Assembly: GCA_045567855.1 (NCBI GenBank)
Contig: JBJLCC010000038.1
Location: forward strand, 108-64,107
DNA: 64,000 nt
Direction of reading: 5' to 3'
Origin: Candidatus Poseidoniales archaeon
GTDB taxonomy: Archaea > Thermoplasmatota > Poseidoniia > MGIII > CG-Epi1
Shown here: positions 37,401 through 45,673 of the stretch, piece after piece
Layout: each line of letters begins with the position of its first letter
Numbering within the stretch: the stretch's first letter is position 1
Translations under genes and position numbers: made by a program
The notes under the pieces: model-generated
Databases searched by the model: none
What the model was told of the DNA's origin: nothing
Seen by the model: only the letters and a program-made list of their open reading frames with translations

Positions 37401-39773
37401 GAATTACATGCTAATTACCTAATTTGTAAAAAAGTTGAAACTTATTGTAAGCGAAACGTCGAAAAAAGCTTAAATTATGAAAAGTCTTTGGATTGGGTTA
37501 TTAAGAAACATATTGGATTTGTTGGGCCTAGAGCCTCTGAGGAATTGGCAATAGAATTAAATTTACCTGAAGAAATAATTAATCAAACTCTCTATGAACT
37601 TGAAGAGCAAGGAATTGTCCAGGGCGGTAATTTTTCATTAGGGAGAAAAGTTCCTCAGTACTTGTTAGCTGAGGATGTCATATATCTTGAAGCTCAATCA
37701 CACGGTGGACTAGATGTTGTACCTGAAGTAACCTTGCGTGAATATATAGATAAAAAACTATTCAAAAAATTTGATTCCTTACAAACTTTGTTTGATCAAT
37801 ATACTGATGTTTCCTCTCCGCGAATAGCTTTTCATAGATTGAAAAAACCCAACTTAGATGAATGGTGGGAATGGAGAGATTCTGATGCGATACTCCAGGG
37901 GCGCTTTTTCTCGGGAAGGCTAAGATATGTTCCTGCAAATAAAATTGGAATGTACCAAACATTATTCAAAAGAGAAGTAAGAGGAAAAGTTCAGAACCTA
38001 ATTGTTGATATGCTGAGAAGAAGTCCGCCGATGACAAAAAGTGAAATAGTAAAAGAACTAGAGATAAAAACTGAAGTAATTGATGGTGCATTGAGAAGTT
38101 TAGAAGATGGCTTAATAATACATAGATACAATCGGCATCGAAATCCATGGACTACACATAACAGATACAGACTTTTAAATGAATATGAGCCTCCTGAAAA
38201 TCCTGTCAAGAACTTAATGATTGATGTATTAAGAAGCTCAGGTCCTTTGACATTTGCTGAACTTCGCAGAGAGTGTGGGCTGCCATTAGATTCTGCTAGA
38301 AATATAATTAATAAGCTACAGGAAGAAGAAATTATTTCTAGAATCATTGTAGTTGGAGCTACACGATTATTTACTTATTGCCTTAGTGAGGAATTAGAAG
38401 AAATTAAGAAAACTAAAGACCTGAACATAACGAGAGTAATTTCCTGGAGAGATCCAATGTTAACTCACATAAGGAGAGAAATGTACTCTAGCTATGGTGA
38501 AGCTTGGACAAATCCAATCATTAAAGGAGGAATGGTATCTGGATATATTGAATCTTGGGCCATGTCTGGATTATTAGATGTAAGGGAAATTATACTCAAC
38601 GAAAATGTTTCAATAAAAGAATTTTTAGAAGGGCTGGATGAATTCTCACAATATCAAGAGAATTTCCACAGTAATATTATCAGAATAAAAGTATTTGATG
38701 GAACAAAAGTATCTGATTTAGATGAAAAGATAATTGAAGATTTTGTGGCTTGTGGATATCAAAAAATACGCAATTGGCTTGTAAAGGGCCCTGTATTAGA
38801 TTTATCTTATCAAGAAAGGGACATTTCTGGCTACTTACTTTGGAGGCAAAGAATTCACCCTGAAAGAAGGTTTAGAAATGCAAATGAAGCATTTAGAGAA
38901 ATGGGTGGAATACGTTCTGAGTACGAATTATCTTTGAGAGTGCAAGGCCGTTTTTTCCATCCAAAGGATTACGGAAATGAGATGGAATTGGTACAAGGTG
39001 TGATGATTCCAGGATATTCTACGTACTGTAATGTAAAAGATGCTATAGTTTACAGAGATGCAAGAAATGTACCTCCAAATCCTGATGATCGAAGGTTGCT
39101 CGCTTTAGCAATTGATTCGAAAGGTTTACCACGTGAAGAACTTTACCGAAGAAGCGGTATGGATCCTGATTCATTTAAGCAATCTCTTGCAAGGCTTTAC
39201 CAATCGTTACATTTAGTTAGAACAACTAGAGGAAATTATAGAACTTTACCGGTTAATAGACTTTACGAGGCTGAAAAGGCGCGATTTGTCGTCGTAAAAA
39301 GATTAATTGAATCTTTCGGTATAGTTTCAGCTGAGGGTTTAGGAATGTTGCTTAAAGGTGAAATTCCTATGGCAGAACTAAGAAAAATACTCTTTAAACT
39401 CGAAGAAGACGATGTCTTAGTAAAGGGGTTTTTCAAAGAAGGAAGTGAAACACTATACTGGCTCTTAAAAGATGATATTGAATTTGTGAAAGGTCATTTA
39501 TTTCAAGGAAGCTTTGTTCTGAACCAGGCTGATAGGTTAGCTCATTATTTGAACGAAGATGTGAAACAAAAGTTTGGATTAGGGGCCTGTAATGTGATAT
39601 TTAATTCTACACGCATGACTGGAGCATTCAAAATGTCTAAAAGAGGGAAAGATGTTATTATCACTGAATTTGTAGGAACTAATCATGAAAGGCACGTAAT
39701 AGAGGCTTGGTGTAGGCAATGGAGATTATCTATTGAATGGGAATTGAAATCTGATGAAAAAGTTGAAATTTAG
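34437..39773 (+). CDS. lhr: Lhr-type large SF2 helicase (1778 aa) with a long winged-helix-rich C-terminal half
   Basis: The N-terminal ~850 aa has LTPPQAMAVPLIKNKENVLVSSPTGSGKTL (motif I), ILDEIHDL (DExH), IFTNTRAGTE, HHGSLSKEMR and QRIGRAGH, plus a DEAD-associated-like region (FHFPFGRRVNDALS...FAQRFRHCANRSF). The C-terminal ~900 aa contains several wHTH-like units (MLRRSPPMTKSEIVKELEI...; VLRSSGPLTFAELRRECGL...). Confidence 0.85.
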   Translation: MVKYIKDRKSKGEILKSFEPIVRKWFNERFNDLTPPQAMAVPLIKNKENVLVSSPTGSGKTLTAFLSILNDFFKMYRKGNFEEGVHAIYISPLKALANDIDRNLKQPLEEMMSLAEKLEMDVPDIKVAVRSGDTSLKERARMVRKPPHILITTPESLGLLLSSKKFRDHFRRTRYIILDEIHDLANNKRGTHLSLSVERLAEIIDEEPVRIGLSATQAPIEDIAGFLGGYEKNKPRPVNIVDVKERKHLDLKVLCPVDDLTLHSTEIINSKMYDMLVDLVKDHRTTLIFTNTRAGTESIAMQLKERGIEKLAAHHGSLSKEMRFDVEEKLKAGEMDVVISSTSLELGIDIGYVDLVVQIGSPKSIAKGLQRIGRAGHALRAISKGRLVVSDSDDLIECAVLVKSAYEGEIDRVSIPQKATDVLAQSIIGMSLDKQWDTNEMYNLISSAYPYRELSKNEFLDILDFLGGDALEKHGVYPKIWYDKKKKEIGIKRGSRQIYNMNIGTIPQEINYAVVLEGRGIQLGNLSEKFVENLSKNDIFVLGGRTYQYIESDRSTVVVKDGLGRKPTVPSWSGEMLPRSFDLSESVGKFRHDIEQKLDNKDDDIEDWLNDVYKLDKGAARTVISHLDEQRKLCGFIPSDKNLLVEGYIDNRGRNGAIFHFPFGRRVNDALSRAFAFELGKEIGSSVRISLSDDAFLLTFPTRLAIDGLAERLMPENLEPLLRKAIKNTEIFAQRFRHCANRSFMVLRNYKGREISLPRQQLRTSQVLEAINEIETFPMLEEAYREVLFDAFDLKNAQHVLDEVKHKKRKINYRTYSPIPSPLAHGLILSGLSDIVLMEDRSALLRELHSQVLGKVLEEDGGDKPRFEKELIDSYFNEKKPIISNEDSLLEAIKQIGGLYLLDDKEKSVYRMSDRAGSEIQDLAKNLIEEGAVESVWTGNKETLYTLSELVPYYKAAYGKDEKLSSAAQKIHAKIDKDTKITNKKVANELHANYLICKKVETYCKRNVEKSLNYEKSLDWVIKKHIGFVGPRASEELAIELNLPEEIINQTLYELEEQGIVQGGNFSLGRKVPQYLLAEDVIYLEAQSHGGLDVVPEVTLREYIDKKLFKKFDSLQTLFDQYTDVSSPRIAFHRLKKPNLDEWWEWRDSDAILQGRFFSGRLRYVPANKIGMYQTLFKREVRGKVQNLIVDMLRRSPPMTKSEIVKELEIKTEVIDGALRSLEDGLIIHRYNRHRNPWTTHNRYRLLNEYEPPENPVKNLMIDVLRSSGPLTFAELRRECGLPLDSARNIINKLQEEEIISRIIVVGATRLFTYCLSEELEEIKKTKDLNITRVISWRDPMLTHIRREMYSSYGEAWTNPIIKGGMVSGYIESWAMSGLLDVREIILNENVSIKEFLEGLDEFSQYQENFHSNIIRIKVFDGTKVSDLDEKIIEDFVACGYQKIRNWLVKGPVLDLSYQERDISGYLLWRQRIHPERRFRNANEAFREMGGIRSEYELSLRVQGRFFHPKDYGNEMELVQGVMIPGYSTYCNVKDAIVYRDARNVPPNPDDRRLLALAIDSKGLPREELYRRSGMDPDSFKQSLARLYQSLHLVRTTRGNYRTLPVNRLYEAEKARFVVVKRLIESFGIVSAEGLGMLLKGEIPMAELRKILFKLEEDDVLVKGFFKEGSETLYWLLKDDIEFVKGHLFQGSFVLNQADRLAHYLNEDVKQKFGLGACNVIFNSTRMTGAFKMSKRGKDVIITEFVGTNHERHVIEAWCRQWRLSIEWELKSDEKVEI

Positions 39774-40588
39774 ACAAAATCCTTGTATATGAAATTTGGC
39801 AAATCAGTATGTATTTTAGAAAATTGCTCCTCATTTATTATTCCTTCCTGGAAAGATCTGAGAGTCTTCCTGGGGACTGTCTTAGGGCCTAATACGGCAC
39901 CGGGTCTATTGGGATCATCAAGGTAGTCGGTTTCTAACATGTGAGAATGATTATGCTTAGAAGCAAAAGCTATATTCTCATTAGAGGCCAAAAGTGAGAT
40001 TGTAATTCCATGACTATTCTCAATTGAACCTATTCCTCCGTAATGTTTAACCAATCTAGATTTAGGAAATCTAACTTCGCTTGCTATATTAGCTAAGTCT
40101 TCCATGACTTTGGGTGTGCCTGTTTCAGTATGTAATATTACGGATGCATCTACTTCTTTAGCCCTTACTAATGACTCTTTTAGGACTTCATTGGAAAGAT
40201 TCCAGATATTATCATTAACCTCAAAGTGAGGCCTACCAAGCTCACCAAGACCTACAATAACTCTCTCACTTACTAAGTCCGCACAATAATCGACCGCTTC
40301 GAGATAGGTTTCCTTGGCTTCTTGAGTACTGTAATGATTCAATAATTTAACCAATTGAACGGGGTGAGGTGAAGATATAACTGCTACTTTTGCACCAACT
40401 TCTCTAGCTTTCTCTGAAAGCTTCAAAGTAATATTTACTTGTTTCTTGAAATCAGCTATTTTCTTCCAAGGTGAATATGGTTTATGAACTAAAACCAATC
40501 GTGTTCCACCTGCTTTTAGAAAGGACTTTACTGCAATTTCTTTTTGCCCATTAGGGTCTAAATGAAAATGATTATCTGTTATATCCAC
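39770..40588 (-). CDS. TatD-related metal-dependent hydrolase
   Basis: 272 aa. The N-terminal DNHFHLDP (HxH metal site), GELGRPHFEV, VILHTE and the C-terminal ETDYLDD are typical of the archaeal TatD/amidohydrolase family. The 3' end overlaps the lhr stop by 4 nt (convergent). Confidence 0.75.
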   Translation of the reverse strand: MDITDNHFHLDPNGQKEIAVKSFLKAGGTRLVLVHKPYSPWKKIADFKKQVNITLKLSEKAREVGAKVAVISSPHPVQLVKLLNHYSTQEAKETYLEAVDYCADLVSERVIVGLGELGRPHFEVNDNIWNLSNEVLKESLVRAKEVDASVILHTETGTPKVMEDLANIASEVRFPKSRLVKHYGGIGSIENSHGITISLLASNENIAFASKHNHSHMLETDYLDDPNRPGAVLGPKTVPRKTLRSFQEGIINEEQFSKIHTDLPNFIYKDFV

Positions 40589-40634
40589 TTTACATTATTT
40601 ACAAACTCAATGTAATACTTTGCTTGTTCAGCAT

Positions 40635-40646
40635 AAAATTTATATC
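40635..40646 (+). promoter_or_regulatory. candidate BRE/TATA box (AAAATTTATATC) for the surface-protein gene
   Basis: An A-rich tract followed by TTTATAT is centred about 30 nt upstream of the ATG at 40672. That spacing is expected for an archaeal promoter with a very short or absent leader. It is a pattern only, with no experimental support. Confidence 0.3.
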
Positions 40647-40671
40647 AAGTGCCGGTTAGAAGAATATCTCA

Positions 40672-42720
40672 ATGAGCTATACAAGAAGTTTGTTTTTAAT
40701 CGCAACCTTGATTTTTATAAGCGTAATTACCTCTAACGCATCTGCAGACGCTGACGATTTTAACTTAGATTATGATAATCCTTCAAGTGGTGAGGCAAGT
40801 GTTGACCCTGAACAAACCATTGAAATGAGTGTACAAATTGAAAATGTAGTAGAACAACCTATGTCATTTGAAATGAAAATATTAAATGATGATGAGTTAC
40901 AGAGTTCAGGCATTGAGGTTTGGTGGAGTCATAATGGAGAAACTTCTTTAACCTCAAAATCAGATACAATACCTAAAGTCGATGTCTCAGATAATTCCAT
41001 TAAAAACGGAATTATTGTATCTGTTGAAGCTACTGAAAATGCAGTTTATGGAGACTATGAGATTGAAGTAAGATGCAAGGATAAAGACTCTGACGAATTT
41101 GAAGAAATTAGCTTAGACGTTGCTGTCAATGAAAATGCTGAAGTTGCTCTTGAATTATCTGAAAGCGAAGATGCAATCGGTTCTGTAGACGTAGACAATC
41201 AGACTACGTATGAAATTCAAGTAAATAATGGCGGAAACAAACTCGATACTTTTACTTTGACATTAGACGAGAATCAATGGGATACGGAGTTTGAAGAATC
41301 TCAGGTTACAATTGAAGCATTCAGCAGTCAAATTGTCATTTTAACAGTCACGACTGAAAATGATGTGGAATTTGGCGATTTGGATAGTGTTACAATAACT
41401 GCAACGTCCCAAAATGACCCTAGTGTAGATGATACTCTAAGTTTAACAACTCAAGTTAGAGTAAAATACGGATTAATTTTTGCTACATCTTCACCAAATG
41501 CAAACAGTATTAGCGGAGAACCTGGAGCTCAAGTTTCTTTTAATTTCAAATTAATTAATAAATGGTCAGAAAGTGTAAATTATGAAGTTAAGAAGAAAGA
41601 TTGGTATAGAGGTACTGAAGGAAATCGTCCTGATGGCTGGAGTGAATCTTCAGGTACTGGAACACTGGACGGTTTTCAAGAAACCAATTCAGCTAGATTA
41701 ACTGTAACTATTTCATCAGGAGCTGATGCAGGGGAAGTTGTTACTATTTTAGTGGAGGCTATTGCCAGCGATGATCAAGGCAAGGGTGAATCCATTGTTC
41801 TTGAAGTTGAAGTACGTGTTGAAGGAAATTACAATGTACAATTATTAATGTCTGGTGGACTAACTGGACAGCCTGGCACTAATGAAATTAGTATTAATGT
41901 TGACCAGCTAGTACCTATATCATCTTATATCAAAGTTAAAAATTTAGCGAAAGTCAATGACTTAATTTATGTTACTGCTGAATGGGAGCTTGGTGGAAAT
42001 GATTGGATTTTAGAAACTCCCGAACCAATTAGCCTAGCTTCAAACGCTGAAAAAGCTCTCTTCATAAGTGTAAAAGCACCAAAAGCAGATGCTGGTGGTC
42101 AGGCTACTTTAAAAATACGTGTTGAATCTGGCGGAGATAGCTCAAAGTCTGCTGAAGAAAATATTATTTTTAGAGTAAATACTGCTCAGGACTCGAGTGG
42201 CCCACAAACTGAAGAGTTAGGCGAAGAAAGTGACTTTCCTGTAGACCCTATATGGATTGTTTCAATCGTCTTAATTATAGGGCTTGGAAGCTCTGCTGCC
42301 TTCTTACTTAACCAAAAATCAAAGGGAGCTTTTGGAAGCTCCGGAGAAAATACTGAGGATTATAGTGATGAATGGGCAGGTATGGAGGCTCCACCTCAAC
42401 CTGTAGCACCTCCTCCCGCTGCTGCTCCACCTCAACCTGTAGCACCTCCTCCCGCTGCTGCTCCACCTCAACCTGTAGCACCTCCTCCCGCTGCCGCTCC
42501 ACCTCAACCTGTAGCACCTCCTCCCGCTGCCGCTCCACCTCAACCTGTAGCACCTCCTCCCGCTGTTGCTCCTGCTGCACCTACAATTTTAACAATTACA
42601 GTACCTCAAGGCGTTATGGCTGGGCAACAGATTCAAATTAAGGCTCCATCTGGACAATTAGTGAACGTCAAAGTTCCTGAGGGATGCGGTCCCGGCTCTC
42701 AGTTTAAAATTCAAATTTAA
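40672..42720 (+). CDS. type-I membrane surface protein: signal peptide, large beta-rich ectodomain, one TM helix, proline-repeat cytoplasmic tail
   Basis: 682 aa with signal peptide MSYTRSLFLIATLIFISVITSNASA. The ectodomain has repeated CARDB/NEW3-like beta-sandwich segments (TYEIQVNNGGNKLDTFTLTL...VILTVTT...). The TM helix IWIVSIVLIIGLGSSAAFLL lies at about 42250-42309 and is followed by NQKSKG. The tail is 5 x PPQPVAPPPAAA plus a 45-aa C-terminal motif. Confidence 0.8.
   Translation: MSYTRSLFLIATLIFISVITSNASADADDFNLDYDNPSSGEASVDPEQTIEMSVQIENVVEQPMSFEMKILNDDELQSSGIEVWWSHNGETSLTSKSDTIPKVDVSDNSIKNGIIVSVEATENAVYGDYEIEVRCKDKDSDEFEEISLDVAVNENAEVALELSESEDAIGSVDVDNQTTYEIQVNNGGNKLDTFTLTLDENQWDTEFEESQVTIEAFSSQIVILTVTTENDVEFGDLDSVTITATSQNDPSVDDTLSLTTQVRVKYGLIFATSSPNANSISGEPGAQVSFNFKLINKWSESVNYEVKKKDWYRGTEGNRPDGWSESSGTGTLDGFQETNSARLTVTISSGADAGEVVTILVEAIASDDQGKGESIVLEVEVRVEGNYNVQLLMSGGLTGQPGTNEISINVDQLVPISSYIKVKNLAKVNDLIYVTAEWELGGNDWILETPEPISLASNAEKALFISVKAPKADAGGQATLKIRVESGGDSSKSAEENIIFRVNTAQDSSGPQTEELGEESDFPVDPIWIVSIVLIIGLGSSAAFLLNQKSKGAFGSSGENTEDYSDEWAGMEAPPQPVAPPPAAAPPQPVAPPPAAAPPQPVAPPPAAAPPQPVAPPPAAAPPQPVAPPPAVAPAAPTILTITVPQGVMAGQQIQIKAPSGQLVNVKVPEGCGPGSQFKIQI
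42391..42570 (+). repeat. 5 x 36-nt near-perfect tandem repeat (coding, PPQPVAPPPAAA)
   Basis: The unit CCACCTCAACCTGTAGCACCTCCTCCCGCTGCTGCT occurs at 42391, 42427, 42463, 42499 and 42535. Copies 1 and 2 are identical. Copies 3 and 4 are identical to each other, with one synonymous T>C relative to copies 1-2. Copy 5 has one C>T (Ala>Val). Confidence 0.95.
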
Positions 42721-42721
42721 A

Positions 42722-42797
42722 GCAGGCGTGGTCTAGTCTGGTATGACTAGGGGTTTCCAACCCCTCAACCTGGGTTCAAATCCCGGCGCCTGCACCA
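42722..42797 (+). tRNA. tRNA-Gly (anticodon UCC), CCA encoded
   Basis: Hand-folded: acceptor GCAGGCG/CGCCTGC, anticodon stem AGGGG/CCCCT with loop TTTCCAA, T arm CTGGG-TTCAAAT-CCCGG, discriminator A, then CCA. Total 76 nt. It starts 1 nt after the stop of the surface-protein gene. Confidence 0.92.
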
Positions 42798-42841
42798 CTC
42801 TATTGCACAATTCATTTATAATAGCTATTAAATTTAGGAGT

Positions 42842-43900
42842 ATGAAGCATATTTCATTAGTTATCATTGGTTTAATGATTTCAACAGGATGTCTAGATTT
42901 TTTGGATGAAGAAAGTACAAATCAGAAACCTACCTCCGTAGCTAACTTTGTTGGTAATGGGCCTTTTGAGCCAGAGGAAAGTATTACATTCACTGGAAAA
43001 GATAGTACTGACCCCGATGGAGACACTCTGGAATATTATTGGGATTTTGATAAAAATGACGGAAATGAAGAAAGTGTGAAGGGAGATATTGCAAATTATG
43101 GCAAAATTACCCACTCATATAACTCTGAAGGGACATTTACTGTAACACTAACTGTCACCGATGGTAAGAATACAGACACATCTACTGTAAAAGTAAAAAT
43201 AGAGAAAAAAGATAGTGACATTCGTGCAATCGTAAACACTGATGATGATTTAAATTCTGAAACAAATAATGCCGAAAAAGTGGAATATGCTTTTTCAGCC
43301 TCGAACTCTATTTCAGAGAGTAGAATTACAAAATATGAATGGGACTTTTCATATGATTCTAGCGAAGGTTTCCTAGTTGATGAAGAAACTAATGAAGCTG
43401 AAATATCATATGAATTTGATTCCGGAATTTATACTATCAAAGTTAGAATTACTAATGAAATGGGAGAAAGCGATGAAGCTGGTTATTCTGATGACGTGGA
43501 ATTGAAAATAAATTACAAATATACTGAAACTAGAAATATTGATTCAGGAAACCAGGAACACTTGTTACAAGTATATTCTATACCTGCAAGATACATTAGA
43601 GCTACACTCGAATATGAAAGTAATTCCGTTCATACTAAGGATTTAGATTTATACATTTACAATCATAGCCAAGTAATAAATCCTGACGATGGAGATAGTG
43701 AATATGTAGCTGTAAATGATACTCACGACAATGGAAATATTGAACAACTAAATTATATAGAATTAGACTACTATAATAGTACTGACAGGGCTTGGTTTGA
43801 TGAAATACACGAACTTGGAGAATGGGCTGTCGTAGTAGATCATGAAAGAACCGGAAGCAATGAATATACTGTAAAAATAGAAGTAATATATTGGGAATAA
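42842..43900 (+). CDS. PKD-domain lipoprotein with a C-terminal beta-sandwich (pre-peptidase C-terminal-like) domain
   Basis: The ORF-track start (42743) runs through tRNA-Gly. I use ATG 42842 (MKHISLVIIGLMISTGCLDF: signal peptide plus lipobox-like TGC). The PKD signature is FTGKDSTDPDGDTLEYYWDFD...GTFTVTLTVTDGKN, followed by a second degenerate PKD-like unit. Confidence 0.8.
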   Translation: MKHISLVIIGLMISTGCLDFLDEESTNQKPTSVANFVGNGPFEPEESITFTGKDSTDPDGDTLEYYWDFDKNDGNEESVKGDIANYGKITHSYNSEGTFTVTLTVTDGKNTDTSTVKVKIEKKDSDIRAIVNTDDDLNSETNNAEKVEYAFSASNSISESRITKYEWDFSYDSSEGFLVDEETNEAEISYEFDSGIYTIKVRITNEMGESDEAGYSDDVELKINYKYTETRNIDSGNQEHLLQVYSIPARYIRATLEYESNSVHTKDLDLYIYNHSQVINPDDGDSEYVAVNDTHDNGNIEQLNYIELDYYNSTDRAWFDEIHELGEWAVVVDHERTGSNEYTVKIEVIYWE

Positions 43901-44173
43901 GTGTTTGAAATAGTAAAACCTTGCCAAAACTGCAAATCCTATATTCTCAAGCCAAAAATAAGTATAAATTTTGATTTGAAAAAAACTGCAGATAATATAG
44001 AAAAATATTCGTTTAGAATTTTAACATTCACCGGCTCTATGCTTTCTTTGAAGAGAGAATGTAAAATTAACATTTATAATTCAGGTAAAATAGCAATTAT
44101 AACTAAAGACTTAAATCAAGTTCAGAAATTAGCTGAAGAGTTCGAAAATGTTTTGCGTATTAAAAAAAAATAA
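43901..44173 (+). CDS. small hypothetical protein with an N-terminal CxxC and a possible single TBP-like domain
   Basis: 90 aa with a GTG start directly after the upstream stop. CKINIYNSGKIAIITKDLNQVQKLAEEFENVL resembles by eye the TBP half-repeat (ALIFRSGKLVCTGAKSEEEAKKAVEKI). This is weak, and coding status is supported only by ORF length and tight packing. Confidence 0.4.
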   Translation: MFEIVKPCQNCKSYILKPKISINFDLKKTADNIEKYSFRILTFTGSMLSLKRECKINIYNSGKIAIITKDLNQVQKLAEEFENVLRIKKK

Positions 44174-44186
44174 TTGGTGAAAAAAA

Positions 44187-45197
44187 TTGGATAATCTACC
44201 CTTCGTATCTATAGTAATTCCTACAACAGGTAATGTAAAATTCATTAAAGGACTCGTTGAAAGTGTTAATAAATTAGATTATCCGAAAGAAAAATATGAA
44301 CTAATTTTGGTTGGTGATAAAGAAACTGAATTATTAAAGGTAAATAGTGAAAGGGCTAAAAATTACGGAATAAATACTACAACAAAATATGAGCCCTATG
44401 CGGCAGGTAAGAAACGTAATATTGGAGTAGAATTGGCAAAAGGTGAAATTATTGCCTTTACTGATGACGATACAATACTCAAAGAAGACTGGCTTAATAA
44501 TGCAGTAAAACATCTTAATGATAATACAAAATATGTAGGAGTTGGAGGGCCAAACTTTACTCCAAGAGAAGGGTTACCATTTGCTAAGGCCGTGGGAAGA
44601 ATATTTGGCTCAAAATTTCTTTTCTCATTTAGGTATACTATAGGACATGCAAAACCAAAAGAAATTGAGCATAATCCAACTTGTAATTATATTATAAAAA
44701 AAGAAGTATTTAAAACTGTTAAATTTCATAACACTCTATGGCCTGGCGAAGATGCAGAATTCGACATTAGATTAATAAAAAATGGATTTAAAATTTTATA
44801 CGCACCTAATGTTGTTGTCTGGCATCACCGAAGATCTAGGCCATTACCTTTTCTTAAACAAATGTTCAATTATGGTAAAACAAGAGCTCAAGTAACAAGA
44901 ATGCACCCTGATAGTTTCGATATAAGGTATTTTGCATTCATCAGCGCTTTCTTTTTTTTAATAGCTTTATATTCAATTTCATTTGCAAAAATAGAATTGC
45001 CTTTGGCTGGAAAAGTTGATTTGATAATACCTGTAGTACTAAATTTAGCTTATTTTGGTATTATTTCTGCAGCAGGTATCCTAGTCGGTTTACAGACTAG
45101 AAAGATAAAACAAGGACTTTACGCCCCACTTGTTTTGTTTATACAGCATTTTGGTTTTTCAATCGGTTTACTGTATGGTTTTATTAAAAAACCATAA
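44187..45197 (+). CDS. family 2 glycosyltransferase with C-terminal TM helices
   Basis: 336 aa with a TTG start. FVSIVIPTTGN, YELILVGD, AFTDDDT (the DxD motif) and WPGEDAEFDIRL are present, plus three or four C-terminal hydrophobic helices. Confidence 0.85.
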   Translation: MDNLPFVSIVIPTTGNVKFIKGLVESVNKLDYPKEKYELILVGDKETELLKVNSERAKNYGINTTTKYEPYAAGKKRNIGVELAKGEIIAFTDDDTILKEDWLNNAVKHLNDNTKYVGVGGPNFTPREGLPFAKAVGRIFGSKFLFSFRYTIGHAKPKEIEHNPTCNYIIKKEVFKTVKFHNTLWPGEDAEFDIRLIKNGFKILYAPNVVVWHHRRSRPLPFLKQMFNYGKTRAQVTRMHPDSFDIRYFAFISAFFFLIALYSISFAKIELPLAGKVDLIIPVVLNLAYFGIISAAGILVGLQTRKIKQGLYAPLVLFIQHFGFSIGLLYGFIKKP

Positions 45198-45232
45198 AGG
45201 AAACTTTTTACAAGGGCTCGATTTGGGACAAT

Positions 45233-45655
45233 GTGGATTTAGACTACGAAAAGCTATTGGAAAGAGCAAGAGAGGGCATAGAAGAGGTGACTGAAAGCTC
45301 TGAACGATTTATCCCTCCCGTACCTGAAATTCTGTACGAAGGAAGCAAAAAAACAATCATACGTAATTTTACGGAAATAATAGATATCTTAAGGAGAGAA
45401 GAGAATCATTTGTATAAATTTCTTCTTCAAGAGCTAGGAACTGCCGGATCTATAGATAACAGGAGATTAGTTCTACAAGGAAGAGTCCCTGAGAAAAAAA
45501 TTAAGGAACGTGTTAAATTATACATTGACACTTTTGTAATTTGCCAGGAATGTAATAGGCCAGATACTGACTTTAGTAAAAGAGGAAGAACTTTAATACT
45601 AGATTGTCAAGCTTGTGGAGGAAAAAGACCAATAAGAACAAAACTTATTACTTAA
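45233..45655 (+). CDS. eif2b: translation initiation factor 2 subunit beta (aIF2-beta)
   Basis: 140 aa with a GTG start. RFIPPVPEILYEGSKKTIIRNFTEI, LYKFLLQELGTAGSI and the C-terminal zinc ribbon CQECNRPDT...LDCQACG are present. Confidence 0.9.
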   Translation: MDLDYEKLLERAREGIEEVTESSERFIPPVPEILYEGSKKTIIRNFTEIIDILRREENHLYKFLLQELGTAGSIDNRRLVLQGRVPEKKIKERVKLYIDTFVICQECNRPDTDFSKRGRTLILDCQACGGKRPIRTKLIT

Positions 45656-45673
45656 AATAAATTTAAAATAAAA

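Noticed and set aside
42308-42641. Three ORFs from the track (42308..42580 -, 42319..42543 -, 42372..42641 +) with highly repetitive translations (EEVLQVEVE..., RRCYRLRWS..., STSTCSTSSRC...)
   Set aside because: They are alternative-frame and antisense readings of the 36-nt proline-rich tandem repeat inside the surface-protein gene. The sense frame is continuous with a 682-aa protein that has a signal peptide and a TM helix.
34247-42797. tRNA-Thr and tRNA-Gly as integration sites of a mobile element or genomic island
   Set aside because: There is no integrase, no transposase, and no direct repeat of either tRNA 3' end that I could spot nearby. Core genes (lhr, aIF2-beta) lie immediately beyond them.
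42743-42841. ORF-track start of the PKD lipoprotein at 42743 (MTRGFQPLNLGSNPGACTT...)
   Set aside because: These codons read straight through tRNA-Gly (42722-42797). The internal Met at 42842 gives a proper signal peptide and lipobox.
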